A DNA stretch of 64,000 bases from Pseudomonadota bacterium (GTDB taxonomy: Bacteria; Bdellovibrionota; UBA1018; CAIMNF01). The DNA lies in contig JAIXWV010000041.1 in the NCBI GenBank assembly GCA_027491115.1, forward strand, positions 7,274-71,273, in the 5' to 3' direction. The first letter of the stretch is position 1. Every line of letters starts with the position of its first letter. Below, piece by piece: positions 1 to 9,940 of this stretch. Under the pieces are notes generated by a model. It was not told the DNA's origin. It saw only the letters and a program-made list of their open reading frames with translations, and did not search any database. A program made the translations under genes and the position numbers.

Positions 1-930
1 CCCCTGCTCCTTTGAGAAATAGAGCGCCTGGTCAGCATGCTCGAGAACCTCTTCGAAAGTGTGGCCACAAGCCGGAAAAGAAGACACACCAACGCTCACC
101 GTCACTTTTCCAAGGGGCTGGAACTCGCCGAAGGGGAACACGGTTTGCTCGATCCGGGAACGGATCACTTCCGCCTGAAGCTTGGTTTCCTGGATGTCGG
201 AATTGCGACAAAGCACCACAAACTCCTCACCACCGTAACGTGCCGGCAGATCCTGGGAGCGCACACAGTCCTGAAGCGTCCTGGCCACGATCCGGAGAAC
301 ATCGTCACCGGCGGGATGTCCGTTCCGGTCATTGAATTTTTTGAAATGGTCGACATCGATGAAGATCACCCCGTAGTGCCCCTGAAAGGATATCGCTTGA
401 TGGTGAACTGACGCCAGCACCTCCTTGAAGTACCGGTAGTTCTTGAGACGGGTCATTTCATCCGTGGTGGAGAGTGTAGTGAGAACCGCATTCAATTCGA
501 GAAGCTCGCGCTCGGCACGCTTCTCGGCAGTGATGTCGCGTGCGATGAACTGGATCACCTCGATGTAATCGAGGATCTTCAGCTTCTCAGCCGTGACTTC
601 GAAGGTGTATTCATTCCCCTTCTCGTCGTGGTAAACGAGTTCTGTCCCGGGGAAAGCATCCTTGAGTTTGCTGTTCAGAAACTCTTCCGCTTTGAAAACC
701 CTCGGAAGCTCGGTCCCGAGCACCTGGGATTCATTCAGAGCCAGCAACTTCAAGGCAGCCTCGTTGCACTCGAGGACCCGATAAGAATGCCGGTCGATCA
801 AAAAGACAGCTTCAGCCATCCGGTGAAACAGGTCGGAGTAATTGGCGAGCTGAGAGAGCGTTCCCCCGACCATGCGGCCCTCGAAGAGCTCGTGCAACAT
901 GTCTTTTTTTGCCGAAGAAGAATCGCCCAT
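1..930 (-). CDS. PAS-GGDEF diguanylate cyclase, C-terminally truncated by the window edge (ATG near 930; not in the ORF track because it runs off the window)
   Basis: Manual minus-strand translation gives ...YGVIFIDVDHFKKFNDRNGHPAGDDVL...RYGGEEFVVL...VSVGVSSFP...ADQALYFSKEQG, the classic GGDEF motifs. The N-terminal third has PAS-like content. Confidence 0.8.
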   Translation of the reverse strand, partial: MGDSSSAKKDMLHELFEGRMVGGTLSQLANYSDLFHRMAEAVFLIDRHSYRVLECNEAALKLLALNESQVLGTELPRVFKAEEFLNSKLKDAFPGTELVYHDEKGNEYTFEVTAEKLKILDYIEVIQFIARDITAEKRAERELLELNAVLTTLSTTDEMTRLKNYRYFKEVLASVHHQAISFQGHYGVIFIDVDHFKKFNDRNGHPAGDDVLRIVARTLQDCVRSQDLPARYGGEEFVVLCRNSDIQETKLQAEVIRSRIEQTVFPFGEFQPLGKVTVSVGVSSFPACGHTFEEVLEHADQALYFSKEQG

Positions 931-1047
931 ACAGGTCTTATCGGCAATAGCGTCAAAAAATTGAGTTTTTTCCTGAGATCGAACCCCCCTCCTAACAACA
1001 TGAAATGACACCAAAATCCTTCCCGGATCCCTCTTCCATGCTATCCT

Positions 1048-2109
1048 GTGGATGGGATGAAGTTCACGACCCGTCACACCTTGCTGCCTGCGACTCTGCT
1101 GGTCTTATTGATCCAGGGGGGTGCTGTCGTTGTCGGGGCCCCCTCCGCCCGAGCGGAATCTTGCTTCACGCGTTTTTTCTCATCGATTTTTGGAAAGAAA
1201 GAGGCCACTCCCGACCCCATTCTCGGACTCGCTCCAGGATCCCGTGTCGGCTTTTCTTCGAAAGGCGCACGAGTCGAGGGGGAAGTGATCACCCACTCGT
1301 TTGAGGAGATCAAGATCCGGGGAGATGACGGCAAAGAGTACCGCTTCAAATCGAAACGAGCGGGCGAGCTCACCGAATTGACCGCTCCTACGGACCGGGG
1401 TTCAGTGGCCTACCGGTTGTGGGAACTCCGGAAGAAAACACGATTGAGCGAACAGTCGGACCTCTGGCCGGAAATCCGGTCCTCAGTTCAAAACGAGGTG
1501 GAACAGGTCCGTCTCATGAGCAAGGCCGAACGTCAGACCTACCTCGAGCGTGTCGGAGATGAAGTGGTCGGCAAGCTCAAACAGAAATACGGCCACGAGG
1601 AGTTCGGTTTTCACTTCAATCTTCACGGAGGGATCCTCGAGGAGTACGTCGATCGCGGTGGAATCATGATCTCGCGCGGTGACATCGCACTGAACTACGG
1701 CGGCGGAGATCCGAATTACAAAGTTTATTTTTTCCGCTCATCCAATGTCAGTCTTTATCGCTTGCTCAGCGAAGGAAACCCTCAACTCTATGGGGGCGGA
1801 CGCATGGGTCATGTGATCATGGCCTTTCCTTACGACTCCGATTACATCCGGAAAGGGATGAAAGAGAAAGGAATCCTGAGGCCGAGCACGATCTCTCTGG
1901 ATTTCGACGAGGAGTGGGTCCGTAAACAGGAAGTTTCCCGCCACACGGGGAGCGGTGTCGGGATTCCTGCCACCGAGTTCGTGGCTCCCCCGGCACAGGT
2001 TTTCGTGGGACTGAGGGGAAAGGTCGGAATGGGTGGCCTGAGCCGGGATGAGGAAACCCTGGCGACCATGCGTTATCTCGAACACTTCTGGTCTACCTAC
2101 GGTCGCTGA
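1048..2109 (+). CDS. Secreted hypothetical protein (signal peptide; alternative ATG at 1057)
   Basis: The N-terminus (MKFTTRHTLLPATLLVLLIQGGAVVVGAPSARA) has a hydrophobic signal-peptide-like core. No recognisable domain. GC3-rich coding. Confidence 0.55.
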   Translation: MDGMKFTTRHTLLPATLLVLLIQGGAVVVGAPSARAESCFTRFFSSIFGKKEATPDPILGLAPGSRVGFSSKGARVEGEVITHSFEEIKIRGDDGKEYRFKSKRAGELTELTAPTDRGSVAYRLWELRKKTRLSEQSDLWPEIRSSVQNEVEQVRLMSKAERQTYLERVGDEVVGKLKQKYGHEEFGFHFNLHGGILEEYVDRGGIMISRGDIALNYGGGDPNYKVYFFRSSNVSLYRLLSEGNPQLYGGGRMGHVIMAFPYDSDYIRKGMKEKGILRPSTISLDFDEEWVRKQEVSRHTGSGVGIPATEFVAPPAQVFVGLRGKVGMGGLSRDEETLATMRYLEHFWSTYGR

Positions 2110-2129
2110 TATCGACGCTGATATCAGCG
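2104..2129. terminator. Perfect palindrome (gctgatatcagc core within cgctgatatc...gatatcagcg) between convergent genes; possible bidirectional terminator but without a strong T-run
   Basis: The inverted repeat was read directly. It sits between the stop of the 1048..2109 gene and the stop of the motB-like gene. Confidence 0.35.
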
Positions 2130-2717
2130 CATTTCGATATGAATCTCGACTCTCTCCGCACTCGCGGCAACGCCGGCTCCCAGACGGATCTTCAGGCGAC
2201 GGAATCCGGGGAAATTCCTCTCGAGATGGTCGACGAGCCAGGACGCACGCTCCGTGGCCAATCGGTAATCACCCAACTGGGTGAAGACTGAAACCCCTTG
2301 GCTTTCGTCCCGATCCTCTTTGAAGCCTTCGATCCGGACCTGAAGTGAGGGTCCGAGTTCAGGGAGAAGTGTTTCCGCCAAGCCGTCGATCAGCGGCAAC
2401 CAGCCCTCTGAAATGGAAGACGATTGCCCCTCGTACAGTTCATCGCTTTCAATAGAGATCACAATGCGGTGAGCGGTCCGCCAGAGACGAACCCCGTCGA
2501 CTTTTGTCCTGAACCACTCACTCTCCTGTAAATGTTTGTGCAAGACCTGGAGTGCATGCGGGCTTTCAACTTCCACTCGGGGAAGTAGTGTCGCTGAAGG
2601 TGTGGTAGTCACGTCCTTCACCGGGACTTGAAGTCTCGATGCAAAAAGACCGAGCGCGAGGACGGCCAATCCCTGATAAACCGAGACGAGGTTCCCGCGA
2701 CTCAAGCGTCGGCCCAT
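2124..2717 (-). CDS. MotB-like stator subunit (single TM plus degenerate OmpA-like peptidoglycan-binding domain)
   Basis: The C-terminal region (VRIEGFKEDRD...DYRLATERASWLVDHL...RLKIRLGAG) resembles the OmpA/MotB C-domain. The ATG at 2717 overlaps the motA-like stop (ATGGGCCGACGCTTGA), suggesting translational coupling. The TM segment (LVSVYQGLAVLALGLF) lacks the conserved Asp. Confidence 0.6.
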   Translation of the reverse strand: MGRRLSRGNLVSVYQGLAVLALGLFASRLQVPVKDVTTTPSATLLPRVEVESPHALQVLHKHLQESEWFRTKVDGVRLWRTAHRIVISIESDELYEGQSSSISEGWLPLIDGLAETLLPELGPSLQVRIEGFKEDRDESQGVSVFTQLGDYRLATERASWLVDHLERNFPGFRRLKIRLGAGVAASAERVEIHIEMR

Positions 2718-3442
2718 CTCGGATTCACCAAAACCTTCGACCGCAGACGGTCTCCCACCAATTCGACATTCACGCCGTCCTGGATGCATGTCAGCCCTTC
2801 TTCCAGGAGTTCGAAATGGGCCCGGGCTTCTTCACGCAAGGATTCAAATCGACCACCGAAGGCGGCCTCCAGGATCAATTGGACAAACAACATGAGCCCG
2901 AAAGGAATGAAAGCGAGACCGAACCCGGTCGCCTCGTTCGAGGTCCGCATCAAAAGAGATCCGAGCAAAACCAGGGTCGGTACCAAACCCACCAGCGGAA
3001 TCAATCCGACAAAACGACTGAAATAATCACGATTCACTTCGATGATCCGGAAACGCGTCTCGCACTGGGATCGAACCAGAGGAAGCAGTGCGGATTTTTC
3101 ATGCCCGTCCATCACCTTCTTCATGAGGTGTCTGAGAAAAGGATCCTTCAGGTCTTTTCGTCGGGATTCGAGCGCCAGGAGCCCTTCTTGGCGTACGATG
3201 CGAGCCAAAGCCTCAAGCTCCCGGATCATCGCCTCCGGATTGAGACTGTAAGGAGCTCCCATTTGCGACCAAGACTCGGGGCCCCAACCCTCCGGAGCTG
3301 CAAGACAGTAAACCGCCCCGAGCCCGCTGGCCAAGGTCAACACCAATACGACTCCGAAAGACAGTCCGGGACCGAAACTCTCGAGTTGAAACGAAAACCC
3401 CGCATACAGCACCATGAGGAAAACGCCGAGCCCCTTGATCAT
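2702..3442 (-). CDS. MotA/PomA-like proton-channel stator subunit (4 TM: 2 TM, large cytoplasmic loop, 2 TM, with Pro in TM3 and TM4)
   Basis: The topology and the P-containing TM3 (GLIPLVGLVPTLVLL) and TM4 (AFIPFGLMLF) match the MotA/TolQ/ExbB family. Confidence 0.7.
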   Translation of the reverse strand: MIKGLGVFLMVLYAGFSFQLESFGPGLSFGVVLVLTLASGLGAVYCLAAPEGWGPESWSQMGAPYSLNPEAMIRELEALARIVRQEGLLALESRRKDLKDPFLRHLMKKVMDGHEKSALLPLVRSQCETRFRIIEVNRDYFSRFVGLIPLVGLVPTLVLLGSLLMRTSNEATGFGLAFIPFGLMLFVQLILEAAFGGRFESLREEARAHFELLEEGLTCIQDGVNVELVGDRLRSKVLVNPRWADA

Positions 3443-3472
3443 TCTTCCTCCTAGTGTACCCTATCTCTCAGC

Positions 3473-4513
3473 ATGATCATCAAAAAACCCTTGATTTTGG
3501 GCATGGCGCTCACCGGAATGATTGTCGGCACCGTCCTGATGACGGCACGGACACCTTTCGAAAAAGGATTGGCCACCGAGTGGATCGAAAACACCTTCCC
3601 GCAAAATCCCGATGAAGAGAGTCTCTTGCCCTTTGGGTATACGATCGGGATCTGGCCTGCACAATTCGAAGGTGACCCGATCGTCACACGCTTGACATAC
3701 CAAAAAGGACCGCCCACCCAATTCATCAGCAGCCTGGTTCAGATCTGGAAACCGATCGAAGTTGAGCTTACCCTTCACGGACCGAGGACGCTGGTCGCGA
3801 ATCAGACTGCAGAAGCGTGGCGTAGTTGTTTCCAATCGGGCTTCTCGTGCAAAGAACAGAAGGCCAAATTCAAACAGCTCTTATTCCCGGATGAAGCCGA
3901 CCACGGGAAACATCAGAAAGTTGTGACCTGGTTCGACGGTCTGGATCCTTGGAGTGCTAGAGGTGTACACCTGTTTATCCAAACCGAAACCTATCGAATC
4001 GACCGCTATGCGGTGATCACACCGGCCGGGGCTGTTCAGCTCTTTTCCTTGAAGACCGCGTCAAATCCAGTGGGAGACGCCGGCCGGGCCCTGTTTCAGA
4101 AGACCCTGGCCTCCATGAAAGTGAAAGACGATCTCCCGAGCAACCGCGCCTGGATTCAGAATCGGATCAAAACAGTGAACTTGAAGGATGTCCGAGCCCT
4201 TCCCGATCAGAAGACGCGTTTGGAACGCCTCATCCGTGTCCAGAACTGGATTTTTTCCAATCTGTCGGTCGACCCATCACAACTGCCCTCTTTTTTTCAT
4301 TTGGCCGGTACGACGCACCTTCTGGCGATGGAGCTTCTGAAAACCAAGGAGCGAATTTTCGAAAACCAGGAAGCGTGGATCCTGGGAGTCATGCCTCTGA
4401 TGAAATCCCTCATATCTTACGCACAGGATTTCAAGGACAGTGAGCCCGAAGTGAAAAACATGGAGGCGCTCCTGCAAGACATTCTCGTCGAACAGAAGCG
4501 CCTCTCGCGCTGA
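3473..4513 (+). CDS. Membrane-anchored hypothetical protein
   Basis: N-terminal TM (LILGMALTGMIVGTVLM), 346 aa, no recognisable domain. Divergent from motA-like. Confidence 0.5.
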   Translation: MIIKKPLILGMALTGMIVGTVLMTARTPFEKGLATEWIENTFPQNPDEESLLPFGYTIGIWPAQFEGDPIVTRLTYQKGPPTQFISSLVQIWKPIEVELTLHGPRTLVANQTAEAWRSCFQSGFSCKEQKAKFKQLLFPDEADHGKHQKVVTWFDGLDPWSARGVHLFIQTETYRIDRYAVITPAGAVQLFSLKTASNPVGDAGRALFQKTLASMKVKDDLPSNRAWIQNRIKTVNLKDVRALPDQKTRLERLIRVQNWIFSNLSVDPSQLPSFFHLAGTTHLLAMELLKTKERIFENQEAWILGVMPLMKSLISYAQDFKDSEPEVKNMEALLQDILVEQKRLSR

Positions 4514-4534
4514 ACAGTAAAATCCGGAAACGGT

Positions 4535-5467
4535 TCAGAACATCCGGGTGTTCTCGAGAGCGGCAATGCGCTCTTCGAGAGGCGGATGGGAAGCGAACAG
4601 ACGGAGTAATCCGCCCTTGCGGTTCGAGATCTGCATGGCCTGCATGGCCGCTGGAGCGGGCTCGGCGTTGAACGGCTGCTCATAGGCCATCTGAAGTTTT
4701 CTGAGGGCGGCGATCATCTTCTCGCGACCCGCCACCTTGGCACCACCTTGGTCGGCACGGAACTCCCTCCAGCGGGAGAACCAGGCGACCACCATGGATC
4801 CGAGGACGAGGAACACCATCTCGAAGACTTGAATCAACATGAACTCGGCGAATGTCCCGAGACCACCCTTGCCTCTTTCTCGATCGTCCTCACTCCGGGT
4901 AGCCTGAGAAATCGCAAAAGCCAGGATCCGTGCGAGGAACATGGCAAACGCGTTGACCACACCCTGAATCAGAGTCAGAGTCACCATGTCGCCATTGGCC
5001 ACGTGGGCGATCTCGTGACCGATGACCCCTTCGACTTCGGCCTTACTCATACGAGACATCAGCCCAGTCGAGACCGCCACCAAAGAACGGGAGCGTGAGG
5101 GTCCAGTGGCGAATGCGTTTAAATCGGGAGAATCATAAATCCCCACTTCGGGCATCGTAGTGAGGCCGGCAGAACGGGCCGCGGTGTGCACCATGTGAAC
5201 CAGGTTAGCGAGCTCCGGATCGCGGGTGTTGGGATCAATCACCTCAACTCCCATCATGGACTTGGCCATGAACCTCGAAAGGAGCAGGGAAATCAACGAC
5301 CCACCCATACCCCAGACCAAGCACATGACGGCTAATGCCCGATAGTCCAAGCCATACGCAGTTACGTAATGACCAACCCCGAGTAGCTTCATAACGAAAG
5401 TCAGGGTGAACATCACGAGGATGTTGACGAGCAAGAATAAACCGATGCGTTTGAACCAAGTGAACAT
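4535..5467 (-). CDS. htpX: Zinc metalloprotease HtpX (M48 family)
   Basis: HEIAH zincin motif (GHEIAHVANGD) and multiple TM segments. Length 310 aa. Confidence 0.9.
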   Translation of the reverse strand: MFTWFKRIGLFLLVNILVMFTLTFVMKLLGVGHYVTAYGLDYRALAVMCLVWGMGGSLISLLLSRFMAKSMMGVEVIDPNTRDPELANLVHMVHTAARSAGLTTMPEVGIYDSPDLNAFATGPSRSRSLVAVSTGLMSRMSKAEVEGVIGHEIAHVANGDMVTLTLIQGVVNAFAMFLARILAFAISQATRSEDDRERGKGGLGTFAEFMLIQVFEMVFLVLGSMVVAWFSRWREFRADQGGAKVAGREKMIAALRKLQMAYEQPFNAEPAPAAMQAMQISNRKGGLLRLFASHPPLEERIAALENTRMF

Positions 5468-5510
5468 GTGGATGAACCTCCAATCAGTATTTGTACATTA
5501 GAATGGTCTC

Positions 5511-6389
5511 TTATTCGCGGATGTCAAGTGCACCTGACCGCCCGCTCCACAAAGCGACCCAGAAACCGCCTAAACCCGCTCCAGTCAGCTTTACAGCCAG
5601 CGCGCCCTGCTTCAATAGTTCATGCTTTTGACCAATCAAATCGGGGGTCAGCAATCCCCAGGTCTCAAAACAGTTCTGTGCGTCTTGCATCGCGCGGGCG
5701 ATCCGATCCTCTCCTCGGGACGAATCCTTTTGGAACTCAAACAGCCCCTCTTTGGCAAGGCGGGTCGCTTGATCCATTTTTTGATCGAAGCGATCCGCCA
5801 GATGCGGATGAATCTGACGCCAATGCTTCACCTTCTCGACACAGTCCAAGGTCTGACCCCTCAGTCCGGAATCATAAAGCTCAAAACGAGGTAGACGGTC
5901 GAGTCCAACTAATGGTCGGGCTCCTTCGTCCATAGAAAACTCTATCGGACGGCCGTGGGCGATGGCGTGCACATCCATGCCACTGCTCTTCCCATGAAAC
6001 ACATCTTCGAGATGGGTCGAGAGTGGAATCCAGGAAGATTCATCCGTTCCGGTTCTCCAGATCACCAAGCGAGCGATCGCTGTACAGAGAGCTGCTGAGG
6101 ATCCGAGACCGGCGCCGATCGGGATGTGACTCTGTATGTCAACCTCGCCTGAATCGAAGAAGCGAGAATCTTGACCAAGCCACTCGAGCGCTCGACCAAT
6201 CAGACTCCGAACCACCGACTGGAACGGATTCGCCGTGATCGAGAAATCCTTCTTCTTGCGATAGACCAACTTCAAAGAAAACCTGGGATGAGGAAAAGCA
6301 ATGGCCTGCTTACCCCGAAGAACCGCATGCTCTCCGGTCAATACCCACTTGGCTGGTACCTCGATGGTAAAATCAGAAATCCGAGTCAT
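5511..6389 (-). CDS. mvk: Mevalonate kinase (GHMP kinase)
   Basis: N-terminal VPAKWVLTGEHAVLRG and the GHMP ATP motif PIGAGLGSSAA. Overlaps the MVD stop. Confidence 0.75.
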   Translation of the reverse strand: MTRISDFTIEVPAKWVLTGEHAVLRGKQAIAFPHPRFSLKLVYRKKKDFSITANPFQSVVRSLIGRALEWLGQDSRFFDSGEVDIQSHIPIGAGLGSSAALCTAIARLVIWRTGTDESSWIPLSTHLEDVFHGKSSGMDVHAIAHGRPIEFSMDEGARPLVGLDRLPRFELYDSGLRGQTLDCVEKVKHWRQIHPHLADRFDQKMDQATRLAKEGLFEFQKDSSRGEDRIARAMQDAQNCFETWGLLTPDLIGQKHELLKQGALAVKLTGAGLGGFWVALWSGRSGALDIRE

Positions 6390-7401
6390 CGAACCTGGCT
6401 CCTTTCCCGCTCACATCCCTGATTGTCTTCAAACCAGGATGGAGTCTAGAAAAATACTGTTCCCACTGTGGTGCCTCTATCGATGGAACAAACAGATGGG
6501 CATTGGCTCCAGCATCGAAAGTGAGGACAGCATGATCGCTGGGCAATTCGGCATTGCGGTTCCGAATCCGATCGATCCAAGCCTCGCTCTCCGAGTTCCA
6601 ATAACGGAATCCGGGTACGCTCGAATGAAACAAATCATGCATGTCGATCGCCTCATCCAGCACAAGCGTAGAGAGCGCGAATCCATGCGGACCCTTCAGG
6701 AGACGACGGAGTTCGGACAATCTGGTTTTCACCCGTTCCTCACGACCACTGAAGAGAGGCGAGGTCCGGACACGTTCGTGGGCCTCGCTCGATGAAACCG
6801 CTTTTTCTTCCGTCTCGAGCAACAAGATAAAATCCGTGTATTCACCTTCCGGTCTCCACTCAGTGATCCCGGTCTCAGGATCCCACTCGACAAAAGGACC
6901 ACCGAACGAGCGGCAGGAACTTCCGGAACCCTTTGCCGACACGGCGGCAAGTGACTTCCGGAGCGCAGGATCTTTCTCGAAACACTCACGGAATCGACTG
7001 AGCTCCCGACCACACAGCACCCCGGCCCAAGCCAAGGTCAGTGCCGCGAATCCGGAAGCACTGGTGGCGATGCCGGTTCCAGCGGGAACCGTGTTCCGCG
7101 TGAGAATCTCATAAACACCGGGACGGGCGTTCACTTCGAACCCGAAAGGCTCGAGGGCAGAACGGAATGATCCGACATCGGACAGAAATGCCTTGGCCTT
7201 GGCAAGACCCGTGGCAGGCGGAACATAACCCTGGTCGGAAAACCGGAATTCCAACCGGTCCGCATCACCAACCTGTGCGATGCGGGTGTGGGTCCCGGAG
7301 CGGGAAAGGGTCATCGACAGGGAAGAATTTGAGGGCTTCCCGGCGTTCTTACCCATGTACTTGATCCAAGCGATATTCACCGGAGCAAAAACGCTCACCA
7401 T
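6373..7401 (-). CDS. mvaD: Diphosphomevalonate decarboxylase
   Basis: N-terminal APVNIAWIKYMGK...SLSMTL matches the MVD signature. ATG at 7401 lies just after the PMK stop (the track GTG is at 7407). Confidence 0.85.
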   Translation of the reverse strand: MVSVFAPVNIAWIKYMGKNAGKPSNSSLSMTLSRSGTHTRIAQVGDADRLEFRFSDQGYVPPATGLAKAKAFLSDVGSFRSALEPFGFEVNARPGVYEILTRNTVPAGTGIATSASGFAALTLAWAGVLCGRELSRFRECFEKDPALRKSLAAVSAKGSGSSCRSFGGPFVEWDPETGITEWRPEGEYTDFILLLETEEKAVSSSEAHERVRTSPLFSGREERVKTRLSELRRLLKGPHGFALSTLVLDEAIDMHDLFHSSVPGFRYWNSESEAWIDRIRNRNAELPSDHAVLTFDAGANAHLFVPSIEAPQWEQYFSRLHPGLKTIRDVSGKGARFDDSDF

Positions 7402-8261
7402 ACACACTCCGAAAGCCTTCCGCGGACGCGTAGCCCCGTCTGCTGCACCGATGAACTCACGGAAGCCAGACTCACTCCCGGCTTCAGCACCATCAAGAAC
7501 TGGTCATGAAGCCCTGCCCCGCAGCCCTTCACGCCTTCCACTTGATCCAAGGTCTGCAGAGCCTCACGGATCTGGCGGGCATTTTCCGTCTCACGTCCGG
7601 TCAGGGCCAACTCCTCGGCGTACTCTCCCAGCACCCGAAACCCGCCCTCATCCGGATCCAAAAGCTGATTCCGGAAACGCTTCACCAGAGAACTCAAAAC
7701 ATCGAAACGAACGGGCGCACGATCCAGTGCCAGATCTTCATGGGTCGGGCGCTTGGACGGTGTGCTTCGTTCCAACAGGACCATTCTTTCGTAAACGAGG
7801 GGGATACTCTGGGTTCTTGGACGACCGGTCTTTCTGGCCTGAAGGAGCAGATCCGCTCCACTCGCTAAAGGCACATTCCGCCGGTACCACAAATGGATCT
7901 CCTCCGGATCAGGCCACACACCGTGAACCTGTTTCCAAGCCATCAAACACTCTGCGGTCGAACCGCCAAAACCTGGCGGAGCTGAATTCTCGAGCAAACG
8001 GAACCGGGAGACTCGTGCCCCTGCCTCGGCAAGCAGCCGACCCGCCGGAGACTCTGGATGAAGGACTGATCCCTCGATATCGTCACCGAACTCGAAACGA
8101 TAACCGGGACGGATCGCTTCCAGTACAGCATCTCCACCCTCGAGGACCAGGTACTCACCGATCAGGAAGATCTTTGCCGGGATATCAATGATCTCCAAGT
8201 CCGCCTCACCCGACCGAGCCTTCGAGCTTGAGCTCGAGCAGACGGTTCGCCTCAAGCGCAA
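7395..8261 (-). CDS. Phosphomevalonate kinase (ERG8-type GHMP kinase)
   Basis: [16 protein letters not shown] near the N-terminus and the GHMP motif GFGGSTAE. The true start is probably internal to the track ORF. Confidence 0.7.
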   Translation of the reverse strand: MRLRRTVCSSSSSKARSGEADLEIIDIPAKIFLIGEYLVLEGGDAVLEAIRPGYRFEFGDDIEGSVLHPESPAGRLLAEAGARVSRFRLLENSAPPGFGGSTAECLMAWKQVHGVWPDPEEIHLWYRRNVPLASGADLLLQARKTGRPRTQSIPLVYERMVLLERSTPSKRPTHEDLALDRAPVRFDVLSSLVKRFRNQLLDPDEGGFRVLGEYAEELALTGRETENARQIREALQTLDQVEGVKGCGAGLHDQFLMVLKPGVSLASVSSSVQQTGLRVRGRLSECVW

Positions 8262-9630
8262 ACTCCATCGGTAACTGCTTGAACACTTCGTCGCAATACC
8301 CGTTGATAATGAGCTTCACGGCTTCTTCGGCCTCGATGCCCCGGGACTGAAGATAGAAGAGCTGATCCTCGCTCACTTTGGATGCGGTCGCCTCGTGCTC
8401 CACAATGGCGGTCGGATTCCTCACCTCGATGTAGGGGATCGTGTTTGCTGTGCACTTCGCACCGATCAACAGGGAATCACACTGGGTGTGGTTCCTCGCA
8501 CCCTCAGCACTCGGCAGAACGACCACCCCGCCCCTGTAGGTGTTCCGACCCTCTCCGGTCGAAATCCCCTTTGAGAGGATCCGACTCTTGGTGTTCTTCC
8601 CGATGTGGATCATCTTGGTGCCCGTATCGGCCTGCATCTTCTCGTTGGTGATGGCGACCGAATAGAACTCACCCGTTGAACCCTCGCCCTCAAGAACGCA
8701 AGAAGGATACTTCCAGGTTACTGAAGATCCGACCTCAACCTGCGTCCAGGAGATCTTCGAGTTCCGACCCTTACACAAACCCCGCTTGGTCACAAAATTG
8801 TAGATTCCGCCCTTGCCCTCGGCATCACCCGAGTACCAGTTCTGGACCGTGGTGTATTTGATCACGGCTCCCTCGAGGGCCACGAGCTCCACAGTCGCAG
8901 CATGAAGCTGGTTCTCGTCCCGCATGGGTGCCGTACAACCTTCCATGTAGCTCACTTCCGAGCCTTCTTCTGCGACGATGAGGGTACGTTCGAATTGGCC
9001 GGTTCCTTGAGCGTTGATCCTGAAGTAAGTCGAAAGATCGAGCGGACACTTCACACCCTTAGGAATGAAAACAAACGAGCCGTCACTGAACACAGCGGCA
9101 TTGAGAGCGGCATAGTAATTGTCCGTGGCAGGAACCACAGAACCCAGGTACTTCCGCACCAGTTCCGGATGCTCTTTCAAAGCCTCTGAAATGGAGCAAA
9201 AAATGATCCCGTGCTTCTTCAGTTCCTCGCGTTGGGTGGTGACCACCGACACCGAATCGAACACTGCATCGACCGCGACTCCGGCCAACATCTTCTGCTC
9301 GTGAAGGGGAATGCCGAGCTTTTCGTAGGTCTCGAGTAGCTTCGGATCGACCTCGTCAAGGCTGTTCAGTTTCTTCTTCTGTTTGGGGGCTGAATAGTAG
9401 CTGATCGACTGGAAATCGATTTCTGGATAGGTCACGTCCGCCCACTTCGGCTCCTTCATTTTCTGCCAAATGCGGAATGCCTTGAGCCGGTACTCGAGCA
9501 TGAACTCGGGTTCTTCTTTCTTGGCCGAAATGAAGCGTACGGTATCCTCGCTCAGACCCGGAGGGAGGCGGTCCTCCTCGATGTCGGTCACGAATCCGTA
9601 TTTGGAATAATCCTTGTTCTGAAAATCCAT
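8206..9630 (-). CDS. sufB: Fe-S cluster assembly protein SufB
   Basis: Length 474 aa. The conserved SufB family sequence is recognised throughout. Confidence 0.95.
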   Translation of the reverse strand: MDFQNKDYSKYGFVTDIEEDRLPPGLSEDTVRFISAKKEEPEFMLEYRLKAFRIWQKMKEPKWADVTYPEIDFQSISYYSAPKQKKKLNSLDEVDPKLLETYEKLGIPLHEQKMLAGVAVDAVFDSVSVVTTQREELKKHGIIFCSISEALKEHPELVRKYLGSVVPATDNYYAALNAAVFSDGSFVFIPKGVKCPLDLSTYFRINAQGTGQFERTLIVAEEGSEVSYMEGCTAPMRDENQLHAATVELVALEGAVIKYTTVQNWYSGDAEGKGGIYNFVTKRGLCKGRNSKISWTQVEVGSSVTWKYPSCVLEGEGSTGEFYSVAITNEKMQADTGTKMIHIGKNTKSRILSKGISTGEGRNTYRGGVVVLPSAEGARNHTQCDSLLIGAKCTANTIPYIEVRNPTAIVEHEATASKVSEDQLFYLQSRGIEAEEAVKLIINGYCDEVFKQLPMEFALEANRLLELKLEGSVG

Positions 9631-9634
9631 AATT

Positions 9635-9940
9635 TCACCAGATCCCCAAGCGGTCTTTCACTTCGTCAGAAGCCATGGTCTTCGGATCCCACTTCGGCTC
9701 GAACACCAACTTCACTTCCGCTTCCACCATCCCCGGATACTCGAGGAGGCGGTTCTTCACATTCGCCACAAAGGTGTCAGCCACGGGACAGTGCGGGCTG
9801 GTGAGGGTCATCACCACATCCGCACCGGTCTTCTCGGGCCGGAAATTCGCTTCATAGATCAGACCGAGATCGACGATGGACAGGAACATCTCCGGGTCTT
9901 GAACCGGATGCAACCATTCCAGGAGTACGGGGTCACGCAT
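9635..9940 (-). CDS. sufT: DUF59/MIP18-family Fe-S assembly protein (SufT-like)
   Basis: [17 protein letters not shown]...SPHCP...[11 protein letters not shown] is the DUF59 pattern. Start inferred at the internal ATG (9940) overlapping the sufU stop. Confidence 0.7.
   Translation of the reverse strand: MRDPVLLEWLHPVQDPEMFLSIVDLGLIYEANFRPEKTGADVVMTLTSPHCPVADTFVANVKNRLLEYPGMVEAEVKLVFEPKWDPKTMASDEVKDRLGIW

Noticed and set aside
12-411. Two overlapping plus-strand ORFs at the window start
   Set aside because: The minus strand here encodes an unmistakable GGDEF domain that runs off the window. The plus ORFs are antisense.
2639-3454. 271-aa plus-strand ORF, plus 61147..62067 and 58941..59663 plus-strand ORFs
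   Set aside because: All are antisense to well-supported minus-strand genes (motA-like, cdaR, pdxJ).
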